Shown in pieces: positions 50,519 to 60,800 of a DNA stretch of 64,000 nucleotides. A program made the translations under genes and the position numbers. The DNA is taken from contig JBGAGQ010000007.1 in NCBI GenBank assembly GCA_044226625.1, positions 1 to 64,000 of the forward strand, written 5' to 3'. This DNA is from Thermoanaerobaculia bacterium. Lineage in GTDB: Bacteria; Acidobacteriota; Thermoanaerobaculia; Multivoradales; UBA5704. The first letter of the stretch is position 1, and every line of letters starts with the position of its first letter. A model generated the notes under the pieces. That model did not search any database and was not told the origin of the DNA. It saw only the letters and a list, made by a program, of their open reading frames with translations.

Positions 50519-52126
50519 ATGTCGAACGCCGCGCCAGAGCCGAAGGGCCGTAGTTACACAGACCTCCTGGGGGCGATGAACGAACTGCTCGCCATCCTGC
50601 TCAAGGATGGCGACCGAGAGGCGGCGCTCCGCGCCTCGTTCCAGGCGGCCGCCCGAGGCTTCGGTGCGCAAAAGGCGTTGCTGCTGCTCGTCGAGGAGGT
50701 GGAGCCGCTTCGGCTCCGCGCGGTGCACGCTCTCGGCACGCTCACCGCCGAACAGGTGAGCGCCTGCGAGCGGGGCGAGTCGGTCCGCGGCGTGAGCCCC
50801 TCGGTCATCCATCGCGTGATCGCGACGGGGGCGCCCGAACGAATCGAGGATCCCCGCCTCCTTTCCGACGCCGGCCGGACTCCTTCGCTCGCCGGAGATC
50901 AGTTCAGCGTCCTGTGCGCGCCGATTCGGGATCCGCTGCGTGGCATCGTCCTCGCGGTGGTCTACTTTCAGAACGGCAGCCCGATCGAGGCATACCAAGA
51001 GGCCGACCTTTCGTGGCTCGACCGGTACACATCCGCTGTGGGGCAGGTCTTCGGCTTCTATTTCCGCAAGGAGCGCCAGGAGCGCGAGCTTCGCGACCTC
51101 CTCGCCGTCGCCGAAGCTCCGGACGACGCCCCAGAGATCCTCGGCGATTCGGCTCACACCCGAGCGCTCCGGCGCATGCTCCACGAGATCTACATCCCAT
51201 CGCTCGATGCCGAAAATCCGGAGCCGATCTTGATCCTCGGCGAGCGGGGCACGGGCAAGGACCTGATCGCCCGCTACCTCCACGCGTTCAGCTCTCGCCG
51301 GAAGCGCCCGATGGTGGTCGTCAATTGCGCAGAGATCACGGACGACCTCGCGGCCTCCCGCTTCTTCGGTCATAAGCGAGGCTCGTTCACGGGGGCGCTC
51401 TCGGACGAGCCCGGATTCTTCCGCGCCGCTCACGGCGGCGTGCTCTTCCTCGACGAGGTGGCAGAGCTCTCCCTCCGCGCCCAGGCCCACCTGCTCCGGG
51501 TGCTCGAAAACCACACCATCGTCCCGGTCGGCCAAACGCGCGAACATCCGGTGGACGTCGCGGTCGTCCTCGCGACCAACCGGGATCTCGACGAGGCCGT
51601 TCGCGACGGCGCCCTGCGGGCGGACTTCCACGATCGCTTCCGCGCGCTCACCATTCGGATCCTCCCTTTGCGCGAACGGCCGTGGGACGTGCCCCTCCTG
51701 CTGGAACATTTCCGCCGCCGCCACGAACGCAAGCATCGCAAGCCGACCCTCGGCTTCAGCGAGGAGGCCCTGCGCGCCCTGGTCTCCTACGCCTGGCCCG
51801 GCAACGTCCGCGAGCTCGACCGCTCCTGCTCGCTGCTCTTGATCCACGCCCGCGCAGGGGAGCGCATCGACGTCGCGCTCCTCGAACGCTGCCTGCCAGA
51901 GATCCTGCGCGCAGAGCCCAACCCCCGGTCCGGCCCGCTGCTCTGGGACGGCGTCTCGATGAGAGACGCCGTCCGCGCCTTCGAACGCGAGCTGATCCTC
52001 GCCCGCCTCGAACGCCACGGCGGAAGTGCAAAGGCCGCCCGGGAGAGCCTGGGGCTCACCAAGACGACCTTCCACCGGCAGGTCAAGGCGCTGGGAATTT
52101 CCAGAGCCCAGGATGAATCGAACTGA
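50519..52126 (+). CDS. GAF-domain sigma54-dependent transcriptional activator (GAF-AAA+-Fis HTH)
   Basis: Walker A GERGTGKD, GSFTGA loop, LFLDEV, WPGNVREL and a C-terminal HTH. Confidence 0.92.
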   Translation: MSNAAPEPKGRSYTDLLGAMNELLAILLKDGDREAALRASFQAAARGFGAQKALLLLVEEVEPLRLRAVHALGTLTAEQVSACERGESVRGVSPSVIHRVIATGAPERIEDPRLLSDAGRTPSLAGDQFSVLCAPIRDPLRGIVLAVVYFQNGSPIEAYQEADLSWLDRYTSAVGQVFGFYFRKERQERELRDLLAVAEAPDDAPEILGDSAHTRALRRMLHEIYIPSLDAENPEPILILGERGTGKDLIARYLHAFSSRRKRPMVVVNCAEITDDLAASRFFGHKRGSFTGALSDEPGFFRAAHGGVLFLDEVAELSLRAQAHLLRVLENHTIVPVGQTREHPVDVAVVLATNRDLDEAVRDGALRADFHDRFRALTIRILPLRERPWDVPLLLEHFRRRHERKHRKPTLGFSEEALRALVSYAWPGNVRELDRSCSLLLIHARAGERIDVALLERCLPEILRAEPNPRSGPLLWDGVSMRDAVRAFERELILARLERHGGSAKAARESLGLTKTTFHRQVKALGISRAQDESN

Positions 52127-52161
52127 GGACGGGTCGAAGAGTTCGTGGGCCGTTCTATTTT

Positions 52162-55100
52162 CTACTGGCAGATGTTTCCGCTGGTCAGGTCCTTGAAACC
52201 ACCCTCCACCTCTGCGACATCGTCCTCGCGATCAAAGAAGGAGGTGAAGGAACCCGGCCTGTTCCCGGCTTGGAATCCGCCCGTGACGTAGGACGCGATT
52301 TGGACAGCACCCGCTCCCGATTTGGCTACACTCAAAGAAACTCCCGCTGCGGCGGCGACCGCGCCGTAGTGGTAATTCCCATAGCCTTCCAGGTCTGGCG
52401 AAACACTTCTTTTGAAATCCCACAGCTGACCTGGCGACGAGAAGAATGCCATTACTGAAAGTGCAGCTCGAGCTCCTCCCCAAGTTCTCGCTTTTTGAAT
52501 CATGCCAACGTCCGCGCAGAGCACGGTATACATCTGAGCCGACCGTTCAAAAGTACGAATCCTTGTATTGGCACCAAAGCTTGAGGTGAACAAGCCCAAG
52601 AAGCTCATTCGCCCTTGAAGTAGCGAGTCCAAAGTGGAGGTCCCGATGCGATTCACACTGGTCGATGCGGGAATTGCGGGGGCAATCACGGTCATCGAGT
52701 CGGTGAAATCGATGTTGTACGCCTGAGTCCCCGCCAGGCCGGCAGGATCTCGGAACGCCAACGGTCGCGCCGTGACATACGAATAGCGGTTCCAGCTTTG
52801 AGGAGTTTCTGCCATACCCCTCCTCCGATCCGCGCTCAGGAATCTCAGGTTGACGGGGCCGTAAAATCTCGCATGCATGTAGTCCAAGTCATCGCCTGTT
52901 CCCGCCAGGCTCGCCAAGTCCCGCTCGTGGCCCGTGAACTTCATCCTTTCCGTGTCGCCCGCGGTGGCTTCCTCGCCGAAAGGAAAATAGGCGTGGTATG
53001 CGACTTGGGCTCCAGTCCCGTTGGTGATCAGGCGTGGCGTGCCCAAGTGGTCCAGATGGAAGTGACGGGAACCGCTAGGAGTTTCGGCGGCGAGGAGAAG
53101 ACCGTCCCGGTAGACGTAATCTTCGATGACGCTTCCGGACCAGTTGAAGCCTGAGGACTCGTACGTGCGCAACACCTTCCCATCGAGCCCGCGGAGCGTC
53201 CAGCGATCGAAACGCGGCACTCCGCTCGGGTTCACCTTGAACGACCAGGCCCGCTCGTCGTCCGCGGTGTACAAGTAGAGCCACTCCTCGTTGCCCGAAA
53301 CCATCCGCTTCATCTGGTTGAACGCGTCGTACTCGTAAAAGGCTCCGTTCCAATCGGTCAAATTTCCGGCGAAGTCGTAGAACGATCCGGGGCCGTTCAA
53401 CCGGTTGTTCGCGGGATTCGTCGGCGTGCTGCGGCCGCCGGAGCCGCCGATCGCCTGGATGTTGCCGAACGGATCGAAGCTATAGGTCTGCTGCACCGAC
53501 GCCCCGCCACCACTGTTGCCGAGGAATACGGTGGCGTCCTTGAGCCGGCTCACCGGATCGTAGAGGAAGCGAGCGTTGCCCATCTTCGTGATGTTCCCCG
53601 CGCCATCGTAGAGATAGGTCCCGGAGCTCCAGGAGGCAAGCGGGGCGGTGGCGGAGATGGAACCGGGCCGGCGCATCGAATTGGGGTCGTTGGTCTGAGT
53701 ATCGACCGCGCCGTTCGAATGGGCGACCTGATTGACCAGAAGGTTCGGGTAGTACGTGATCCCGAACGAAGTGCCCGGAATCGTTCCCGTGTATCCGGGA
53801 ACGCCGGTAAGAAATCCCTGCGTGAAATTGAAAGTGACCGTCCGCGGCGAGGCGGCGACGCCGGCACACTCCGGGAAGGTGCATTGAGGGTATTCCAGCG
53901 AGGAGATCTCGCCCAGTGGGCTGTAGGCAAGAGCCTGCGTGAAAGATTCCGCGACCGCCCCGTTGAAGAGATTGGCAGTGTCGAGCCGCGATACGCGCCC
54001 GCCCCGTCCGCCATACGTATAGGACTGCGTCAGGAGCACTTGGTAATTCGTCATTCCAATGGACGGATAGTTGTACCGCGTCGCCTGCACGAGCTTTCCA
54101 TTACGCCGGTCACCGGTTCCATTGGCCGTCCCGAACACGAACGACTTGAGGAGACGCCGTTGCCCCGATGTCTCCTGGATTTGAGTGAGTCGCTCGGAGC
54201 GGTCGAACGTGAAGGTTAGGTCGTTAGGCGCGTCCACCTTCCTTCGAGCGTGGCCGCGCGCGTCAAAATTCGAATAGGTGACGGCGCCGTTGCCCGTCAG
54301 CCCTTTTTCCGGATGTGTCTCCGAGAGCAGAAATCCTCGGTTGTCATAGGTAAAAGTCCGACCCTGGGTGAAACCGCTGCCGCTGGTGAATACCGACCGA
54401 AGTCGGTCTTTGGCGTCGTAGCCATAGAATGTGGTCACGCCGGCACCGTTGGTTCCCGAGGGCTCTCCGACCTGTTGCAGGCGTCCTTGCCGGTCGTAAG
54501 CTTGAATCGTCAGCGAATCGGATTCCGTGACAGATCCCGTTCCGGTATTGAAGCTCGTCCCAACCCGAGAGACACGCGAGACCGTCCGGATCCCTGCGTA
54601 GGTGAGCGAAACGTCATGGTTGGGACCGTCCGGGGGGCGGATGATGCCAGGACGACCGAACGGGTCATAGTTCAGAAACTGGGTTCGCTTGCTCGGCGTG
54701 ACTTGAAGCTCCGAAACCGAGCGGCGGTTGCCGATCCCATCGTACAAGGTCTCACGGATTCCCCAGACCCCTTCGGGCATGAGCTGGGCTTCCCGCCAGA
54801 CCCGGCCGAATCCATCGAAGGAAACGCGGCTGTTTGCCAGGGGGCTGGACGACTGACTCCCGTTACCACGCCGCCGGATCAGCACTTCCGCCGCCACCGT
54901 GCTCCCCTGCGCCGAGGAGTAGACGAGCTCCGTCCAGCCGTCCTGGCCGATCTCGGGCATCGCCCATGTCATCCGGCCCAGGACGTCGTAAAGGAAATCG
55001 GTACGGAGGCCGGTCATGTCGCGACTGGTGGTTGGAAGACCCGTGTTCAAGTCGATCTCTCGGTCCACGGATTTGAACGTCGCCGTGTCGTACTGAGCGG

Positions 55101-57102
55101 TCTTCAAGACGCCGTACTGGTACGTCATCACGTTGCGGTACTGGCTGGCCGGAAGACCCCCTGAATTGCAGGGATCTATGGTGCTCAGACCTCCGGGGTC
55201 ACCGCCGAGAGATGACTGGGCGGTTACGTTTCCCGCGGCATCCTTTTCATACGTGAATAGTACATCTTGCGCGCTCAAGCTGCCCGTGTTGAGCAACGTC
55301 CGCCGTGCTAGGAGGAATCCAGTGGTCAGATCGAAGCAACTGAGGTCGCGTTCGGCATAGGAACCCTCGGTGACCGATCGATCCCAGAACATGTTCAGAA
55401 TCCACGGCGCGCTCGGGGCGACCATGACGAATCCGGGCAGCGCCTGGCCGCCGTCATCGAGCTGGTAGGTGCCGTTGCCGGAGTTGAAGTTCACGAAAGT
55501 CGCTCGCGCGTCGGCCGCGCCGAAGTTTCCGTCGGTCACCGTTTGCCGGTAGTGTCCCAGCCCATCAAAATTCGTGTGAGTCTCGCCGGCGAACCGGTTT
55601 CCATCGTCGTGGAAGACGGTGCGGGTAGAGGCCAGCCGCTGGTTACATCGAGATTGATCGGGACTCGCTATGGAGGCTCCGATCTGATCCCGTTCATAGC
55701 GCACGTAGGTCGATCGCAAGAGGGCTCCCGCCGAGCTGAAGACTCTCGCGGACAGGAATCTGCCTTGACCATCGGGAGATCGCCGCGAGTAAGGAAGTCC
55801 GTACTCGGCGATCGAGCCGCCATATGCCGAGGCGCTGGAGACCTTCGCGTAGACCGCGAAATACCGCTCGGTCTTATGCCCCAACGGATCGATGACGGTG
55901 TTGACCGCCTCTTCGATCGGACCTCCGGGGCTATTGGCGGGAGTCAGGTGAGTCTGATAGGTCCAGGTTCCGAGCAACGAGCCGTCGCGTTCCCGCATCG
56001 TCCGCGTCGCCACGCCCGAGGAGAAGGTTCGAAAGGGTTTGGTCGAGGATTCGCTGGGGAAGGAATACCCCTGATAGGTCCATTCGAGCCGTCCGCGAGT
56101 TGGCAGGGTCAGGCCGCGGATGCTCCCCGACCAACCGGCGACGCAACTGTCGCTCGATGTAAGGTCGGAGAAGTAGTCGCTTACGGGCATCGTATAGGCC
56201 GAACCATCTGCCAAGGGGAGCGTGACACTGGTGAGTAACGGCACCGAGACGTCGAGCGGAAGCCCGCCGATGGCGAGCTGGTCGTTGTGCGGGCAGGCGC
56301 GGCGAATAACGCTCACGGTATAGTTGAACTTGTAGGTCGCGCGTGCTCCGCTCGGCGCCGCGACTTCCACTCGATCGACGGTCTGCGGATAGGCCGGGAG
56401 GTCGCTCCGAAAATATACCTTCTGAAACCTCCCCTGGCTGTCGGTCAGCGTCCAGAGATTGGTCGCGTAGGAAATATTGGCGAAATTGCCGAAACGATCG
56501 CGAATCTGATCGGGAAAGCCGTCGGAGCGGAAGTGATGAATCGTCCCGTCCGGAAACTCGATCTCCGCGGTACTCGCCACCAGCTTCTTGAGCCTCAGAT
56601 ACGTGCCGTCCCGCGTATAGAGGACGTTGGCGGCCGGAGCATCGCCGACGTGGAGTCGGTCGTAGAACTCGTGTGACGCGCCGTCCGGCGTCAAGTACTC
56701 CGCGAGCGGCGCCTGATCGACCGAGGCGTGAGGAGGATTGAGCCGCCCCAGCGAGACCATCCATCCGAGACCCGCATTCGACACCAGTCGGGGGAGCGCC
56801 TGGGTGAACGTGACCTGGGTTCCATCCGCGTGCTCCGCGAACTCCCAGACGTTCGAGTTGTAGGCGAGCGTCATTCCGTAGGAGAGTCCGGCGTTGACTG
56901 GGTAGGTCTGCCCCAGGGGGATCGTCAAGGTGAGACCGCCGTTGAACAGGTTCACATGATCGATCTCGCCGATCTGAAAGGACCGGTCGGCGGCGAGACC
57001 TCGCGCGACGTTCGGGTTCTCCTGGCCGAGGAGAGGGCTTCCGGAGAGGATGAGAACGCTGAGGAAGTAGAACATGTGCCGCCACGTCGACGTTCGAGCC
57101 AT
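52162..57102 (-). CDS. Rhs/YD-repeat polymorphic toxin with a Sec signal peptide and an Ntox44-like C-terminal domain
   Basis: YD repeats; HLDHLGTPRLIT; KFTGHERD; core end NRYSYV..RPLAFRDPAG; tip WDFKR...GNYHYGAVAAAAG...GAGAVQ...DREDD...GF. AAGGAG precedes ATG 57102. Confidence 0.9.
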   Translation of the reverse strand: MARTSTWRHMFYFLSVLILSGSPLLGQENPNVARGLAADRSFQIGEIDHVNLFNGGLTLTIPLGQTYPVNAGLSYGMTLAYNSNVWEFAEHADGTQVTFTQALPRLVSNAGLGWMVSLGRLNPPHASVDQAPLAEYLTPDGASHEFYDRLHVGDAPAANVLYTRDGTYLRLKKLVASTAEIEFPDGTIHHFRSDGFPDQIRDRFGNFANISYATNLWTLTDSQGRFQKVYFRSDLPAYPQTVDRVEVAAPSGARATYKFNYTVSVIRRACPHNDQLAIGGLPLDVSVPLLTSVTLPLADGSAYTMPVSDYFSDLTSSDSCVAGWSGSIRGLTLPTRGRLEWTYQGYSFPSESSTKPFRTFSSGVATRTMRERDGSLLGTWTYQTHLTPANSPGGPIEEAVNTVIDPLGHKTERYFAVYAKVSSASAYGGSIAEYGLPYSRRSPDGQGRFLSARVFSSAGALLRSTYVRYERDQIGASIASPDQSRCNQRLASTRTVFHDDGNRFAGETHTNFDGLGHYRQTVTDGNFGAADARATFVNFNSGNGTYQLDDGGQALPGFVMVAPSAPWILNMFWDRSVTEGSYAERDLSCFDLTTGFLLARRTLLNTGSLSAQDVLFTYEKDAAGNVTAQSSLGGDPGGLSTIDPCNSGGLPASQYRNVMTYQYGVLKTAQYDTATFKSVDREIDLNTGLPTTSRDMTGLRTDFLYDVLGRMTWAMPEIGQDGWTELVYSSAQGSTVAAEVLIRRRGNGSQSSSPLANSRVSFDGFGRVWREAQLMPEGVWGIRETLYDGIGNRRSVSELQVTPSKRTQFLNYDPFGRPGIIRPPDGPNHDVSLTYAGIRTVSRVSRVGTSFNTGTGSVTESDSLTIQAYDRQGRLQQVGEPSGTNGAGVTTFYGYDAKDRLRSVFTSGSGFTQGRTFTYDNRGFLLSETHPEKGLTGNGAVTYSNFDARGHARRKVDAPNDLTFTFDRSERLTQIQETSGQRRLLKSFVFGTANGTGDRRNGKLVQATRYNYPSIGMTNYQVLLTQSYTYGGRGGRVSRLDTANLFNGAVAESFTQALAYSPLGEISSLEYPQCTFPECAGVAASPRTVTFNFTQGFLTGVPGYTGTIPGTSFGITYYPNLLVNQVAHSNGAVDTQTNDPNSMRRPGSISATAPLASWSSGTYLYDGAGNITKMGNARFLYDPVSRLKDATVFLGNSGGGASVQQTYSFDPFGNIQAIGGSGGRSTPTNPANNRLNGPGSFYDFAGNLTDWNGAFYEYDAFNQMKRMVSGNEEWLYLYTADDERAWSFKVNPSGVPRFDRWTLRGLDGKVLRTYESSGFNWSGSVIEDYVYRDGLLLAAETPSGSRHFHLDHLGTPRLITNGTGAQVAYHAYFPFGEEATAGDTERMKFTGHERDLASLAGTGDDLDYMHARFYGPVNLRFLSADRRRGMAETPQSWNRYSYVTARPLAFRDPAGLAGTQAYNIDFTDSMTVIAPAIPASTSVNRIGTSTLDSLLQGRMSFLGLFTSSFGANTRIRTFERSAQMYTVLCADVGMIQKARTWGGARAALSVMAFFSSPGQLWDFKRSVSPDLEGYGNYHYGAVAAAAGVSLSVAKSGAGAVQIASYVTGGFQAGNRPGSFTSFFDREDDVAEVEGGFKDLTSGNICQ

Positions 57103-57879
57103 CGTCAAGTCTCCTTTCGACGCCCGTCCTCAGAGGCAAGATCTGTTCCGCGGGCCTCACTCCCACTCACCACTCCCTCGGCTACTGCATCCACGGACTG
57201 ATAGAGATTCTCGGGCCGCTCGGGGTGGTTCCATTCCTGGAACCACGGAATGGCGTCGCGATCCGAGTTTGGAACTGTCTGCACGCTCTCTTCGCATCGT
57301 GCTCTCCGCCCATTACTTGGTTTAACCATTGCAGTCGAGTCAAACCGCTGGCTATTGGTCAGCCAATTGAAAGGTGTCGACATGAAGGAGAGAATCCAGA
57401 CTCGCCCGCTCGAAGGCGAATCTCGATCCCTGTAATCAAGATCCCAAGCCAGGAGCTAGTCGTCGCTTCAGCTGGAATCAAGGTACACATCATTGCTGAG
57501 GCCTCGACGATTCAACAGGTTCCGGTATCGATCCGGCATCCTGAACTTCCCCGGAAGCGGCTGCCCAACGAAGGGGGTCGCAATGCGCACGCGAGGAGCA
57601 AGGACATGAAGAGGAAACGCCCCGTCGTACTGCCCACTTTACCCATCCTGCCAGGATCAAACTTGGACCACGAACGGCTGACCGTTTGCGCGGCCTCTCG
57701 AGCCCACATCATCACGGGCGGTCTCGACGATCCGGCCGACTCCAATCCGGACGCTCCGTAGGCGAGGGCCGCCCGAGGCATTACCTGGCGGCGGAAGGGA
57801 GTCCACGCCGCCGCCAGGCGCGGACAGGCTCCGGGAGCGATGAGCTCCCCATCTTGAGCCGACGGGTAAAATAAGGACT

Positions 57880-60800
57880 GTGTTCGCTTCAGCAAACGGT
57901 CGGAACCTCTGCTACTTGCTCCTTGTCTCGATCCTTCTCGCCGCCGGCCTCGCTTCAGCGACCGAGGCCTACGCCAGGGATTTCGCTGCGCCTCGCGGCC
58001 TTCTCGTTGAAGTTGTTTGGCCGCACTTCGGTGGTGAGGCCGCCGGAATCGAGGCGGGAGACCACCTCGTCTCCTGGTCCAGAGCCGAACCCCTTTCGAC
58101 GAACCCGGGACCTGACGGTTCGCTCGAGACCTCATTCGATCTCTGGCGGGTGATCTTCGAGCAGGCTCCGCTCGGTCGCGTCACCCTGGAAGGGACGCGC
58201 GCTGGAGCGGCCATGAGCTGGACGCTCCCGCCGAGCCGATGGTGGGGGCTCGAGATTCGCCCGGAACTCCCCGAGGATTCCTTGAAATCCTATCTCGACG
58301 CGAGAGCGGCTTTTCTGGTCGGCGACTACGAACGGAGCTCGAAGCTCGGACTGGCTGCGATCGAGCGGCTCGAGGAGCGCGGCGACGTTCTCGACGCCGC
58401 CTGGATGTGCCGCTGGTTGGTCATGCACGATGGCGGACCGGAAGCGGGATCTCGCGGCGACGAGATCACCGAAGCGAGCGTCGAGGCACTCGTCGCGCGA
58501 GCCCATTCTTGGGAAGCGGCCCTCATCCTTCGCTGGCGCGCCTTGGATTGGCAGCTGCACGGCGATTGGGAGGTCGCTCGACTCCTCTATCTCCGCTCGC
58601 TCGATCTCGTTCGCCGCGCGCCGGGGCGGACCGTCACAGAAACCAAGATCCTGATCGGGCTCGGCGCGGTGGCGATCGGCGAGGGGGACTTGAAGACGAG
58701 CGAAGAGTCTTTCCTCGCGGCGCTCCGGCTCACGGAAGGCATTGCGCCCGAAAGCCTCGACCGGGCCGAATGCCTCGCCGATCTCGGCGAAGTCGCCCTG
58801 CAGAAAGGAGACCTTACGGCGGCTGATCGGTGGAACCGGGAAGCGCTTGCCTTGCAGGAGCGCCTCGCGCCGACGGGCCTCGACATCACGGCAACCCTCC
58901 AGACGCTCGCCGGGATCGCTACGGAACGGGGTTATCTCTCGGACGCCGAGGCACTCTTTCGCCGATCGCTCGCGCTCGTCGCAAAGAACCTTCCCGGTCA
59001 GCCGAGCACCGGGCAGAACCTTCAGCTTCTCGCAGGCCTGGCCCTCCGACGGGGCGACCTCGCTTACGCCGAGCAATACCTCGAGACCTCGCTCAAGCTG
59101 TACGGCCACGACCCGAACGAGAGGCAATACAACTATTCCGAGGCCTTTGTCACCCTTGCGGAAATCGCCTTCCGGCGTGGCGATCTCGCCAGCGCGCATC
59201 AACACCTCGTTCATGCCCTCGAAGTTCGGGAGAACAGCGCTCCGAACGCGAGCGGCGTCGCCGACGCGCTCGTGAGCCTCGGCCGCCTCGAAGTGACGCG
59301 CGGCGACCTTGGCGCGGCGCGCGAGCACTTCGAGCGCGCGCTGGCGATCCGCGAGCGTCAACAGAAGCGGAGCATCCATGTCGCCGCCATCCTCCGCGAG
59401 CTCGGTTCCATTCAGAAGGGATCGCGCTCCGAGAAGCAGCTCGAGGAGGCGGTGTCGATCTTGCGAGATGAGGTCCCGGGCAGCCTGGATGAAGCCGAGG
59501 CTCAAGAGGCGCTCGGCAAGCGGTTCACCGAGCGCGGCGCGTTCGATCGGGGCCTCCACCATTTCTCCCGAGCCTTCGAGATTCGCGAACGGATCGCGCC
59601 CGGAAGTCTTGAGCAAGCCGACGCGCTCTACCAGATCGGTTTGATCCGACATCGCCTTGGCCGCGAAAAGGAAGCGACCGACGACTTCTGCTCGGCCATC
59701 GATCGGCTCGATCGCCAACGGAAGATGATCGGAGGGCCGACGGAGTCGAGAGCCTTCTTCGAGTCCGGCGTCGTCCCCTATTACGAAGCGTGTCTCCGTG
59801 GCTTGCTCGCGCGTGGCCGAGCCGATCAGGCGTTCGCGGTTCTAGAGCGCGGACGCGCGCGCGTCTTTCTCACGCTCCTCTCCGAACGGGACCTCCGTCC
59901 TACCGAGCTGCCTGCTGAGATGGCGGCCGAGCGCTGGAAGCTCGGCGAAGACTATGACCGCCTCGAAGCGGCGCTCGGTCGATTGAGCCCAGAGCGCGCC
60001 GCGGCGGAGGTAGAACGGATCCGTTCGGAGCTTTCCGCGGTACGAAACGCCCAAGCCGCTCTCGCGGACCGTATTCGCGCGGCAAGCCCACGACCCGCCT
60101 CCCTCGATCATCCCGAAGTCCTCGACCTGAAAGGCACGAAGGCGATCCTGGATCCGGGAACCGTGCTTCTCTCCTACTCGGTCGGCCAGAGGGACACCCT
60201 CCTGTTCATCGTCGAGGGAGCCGACCGGCCCGGACTTGCGGTGCGCACTCTCCCGATCGGGCGCCAAAAACTACGTGAGAAGGTGGAAAGGTTCCGTGCC
60301 TCGATGACCGCGCCGGTTCGCCCAGGCGCCCGCTCTCGGGCCGAAGCCGAACGGCTCTACCGCGAGCTACTATCGCCGGCCGAGCCCTTCCTTCGCCGCG
60401 CAGCCCGGATCCTGATCTGCCCGGATGGCCCGTTGCACGCGCTGCCGTTCGCCGCTTTGAGGCACAGGGGCGCCTACCTGGTCGAGGGCAAGCCGCTCCA
60501 CTTGGCCCCGTCGATGTCCGCGTACGCGGCGCTCCGGAACCGTGGAGAATCTCAGGGCGAGGATTCCCGAGTGGCGATCGCGGCCTTCGGCGGACCGACC
60601 CCGCGTGCCGATCGCGGAGCTCCGAGCGAACCCGAGCTCCGCTCCGCCGTCCGCCGCGGTCTCAGATTGGAGCCGATTCCCTTCGCCCGCGAAGAGGCGA
60701 CAGAAGCCGCCAGGCTGTTCCCCGGCGGCCAAGCTTTCGTCGGCGATCAAGTGACCGAAGAAGCGGTCAAGCAGATCGCCCCCCGAGCCCGGATTCTTCA

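Noticed and set aside
51370-51400. GSFTGA instead of GAFTGA as a sign of sigma54 independence
   Set aside because: GSFTGA is a common functional variant of the loop.
50447-52075. 542-aa minus-strand ORF
   Set aside because: Antisense shadow of the sigma54 activator; not a plausible Rhs immunity protein.
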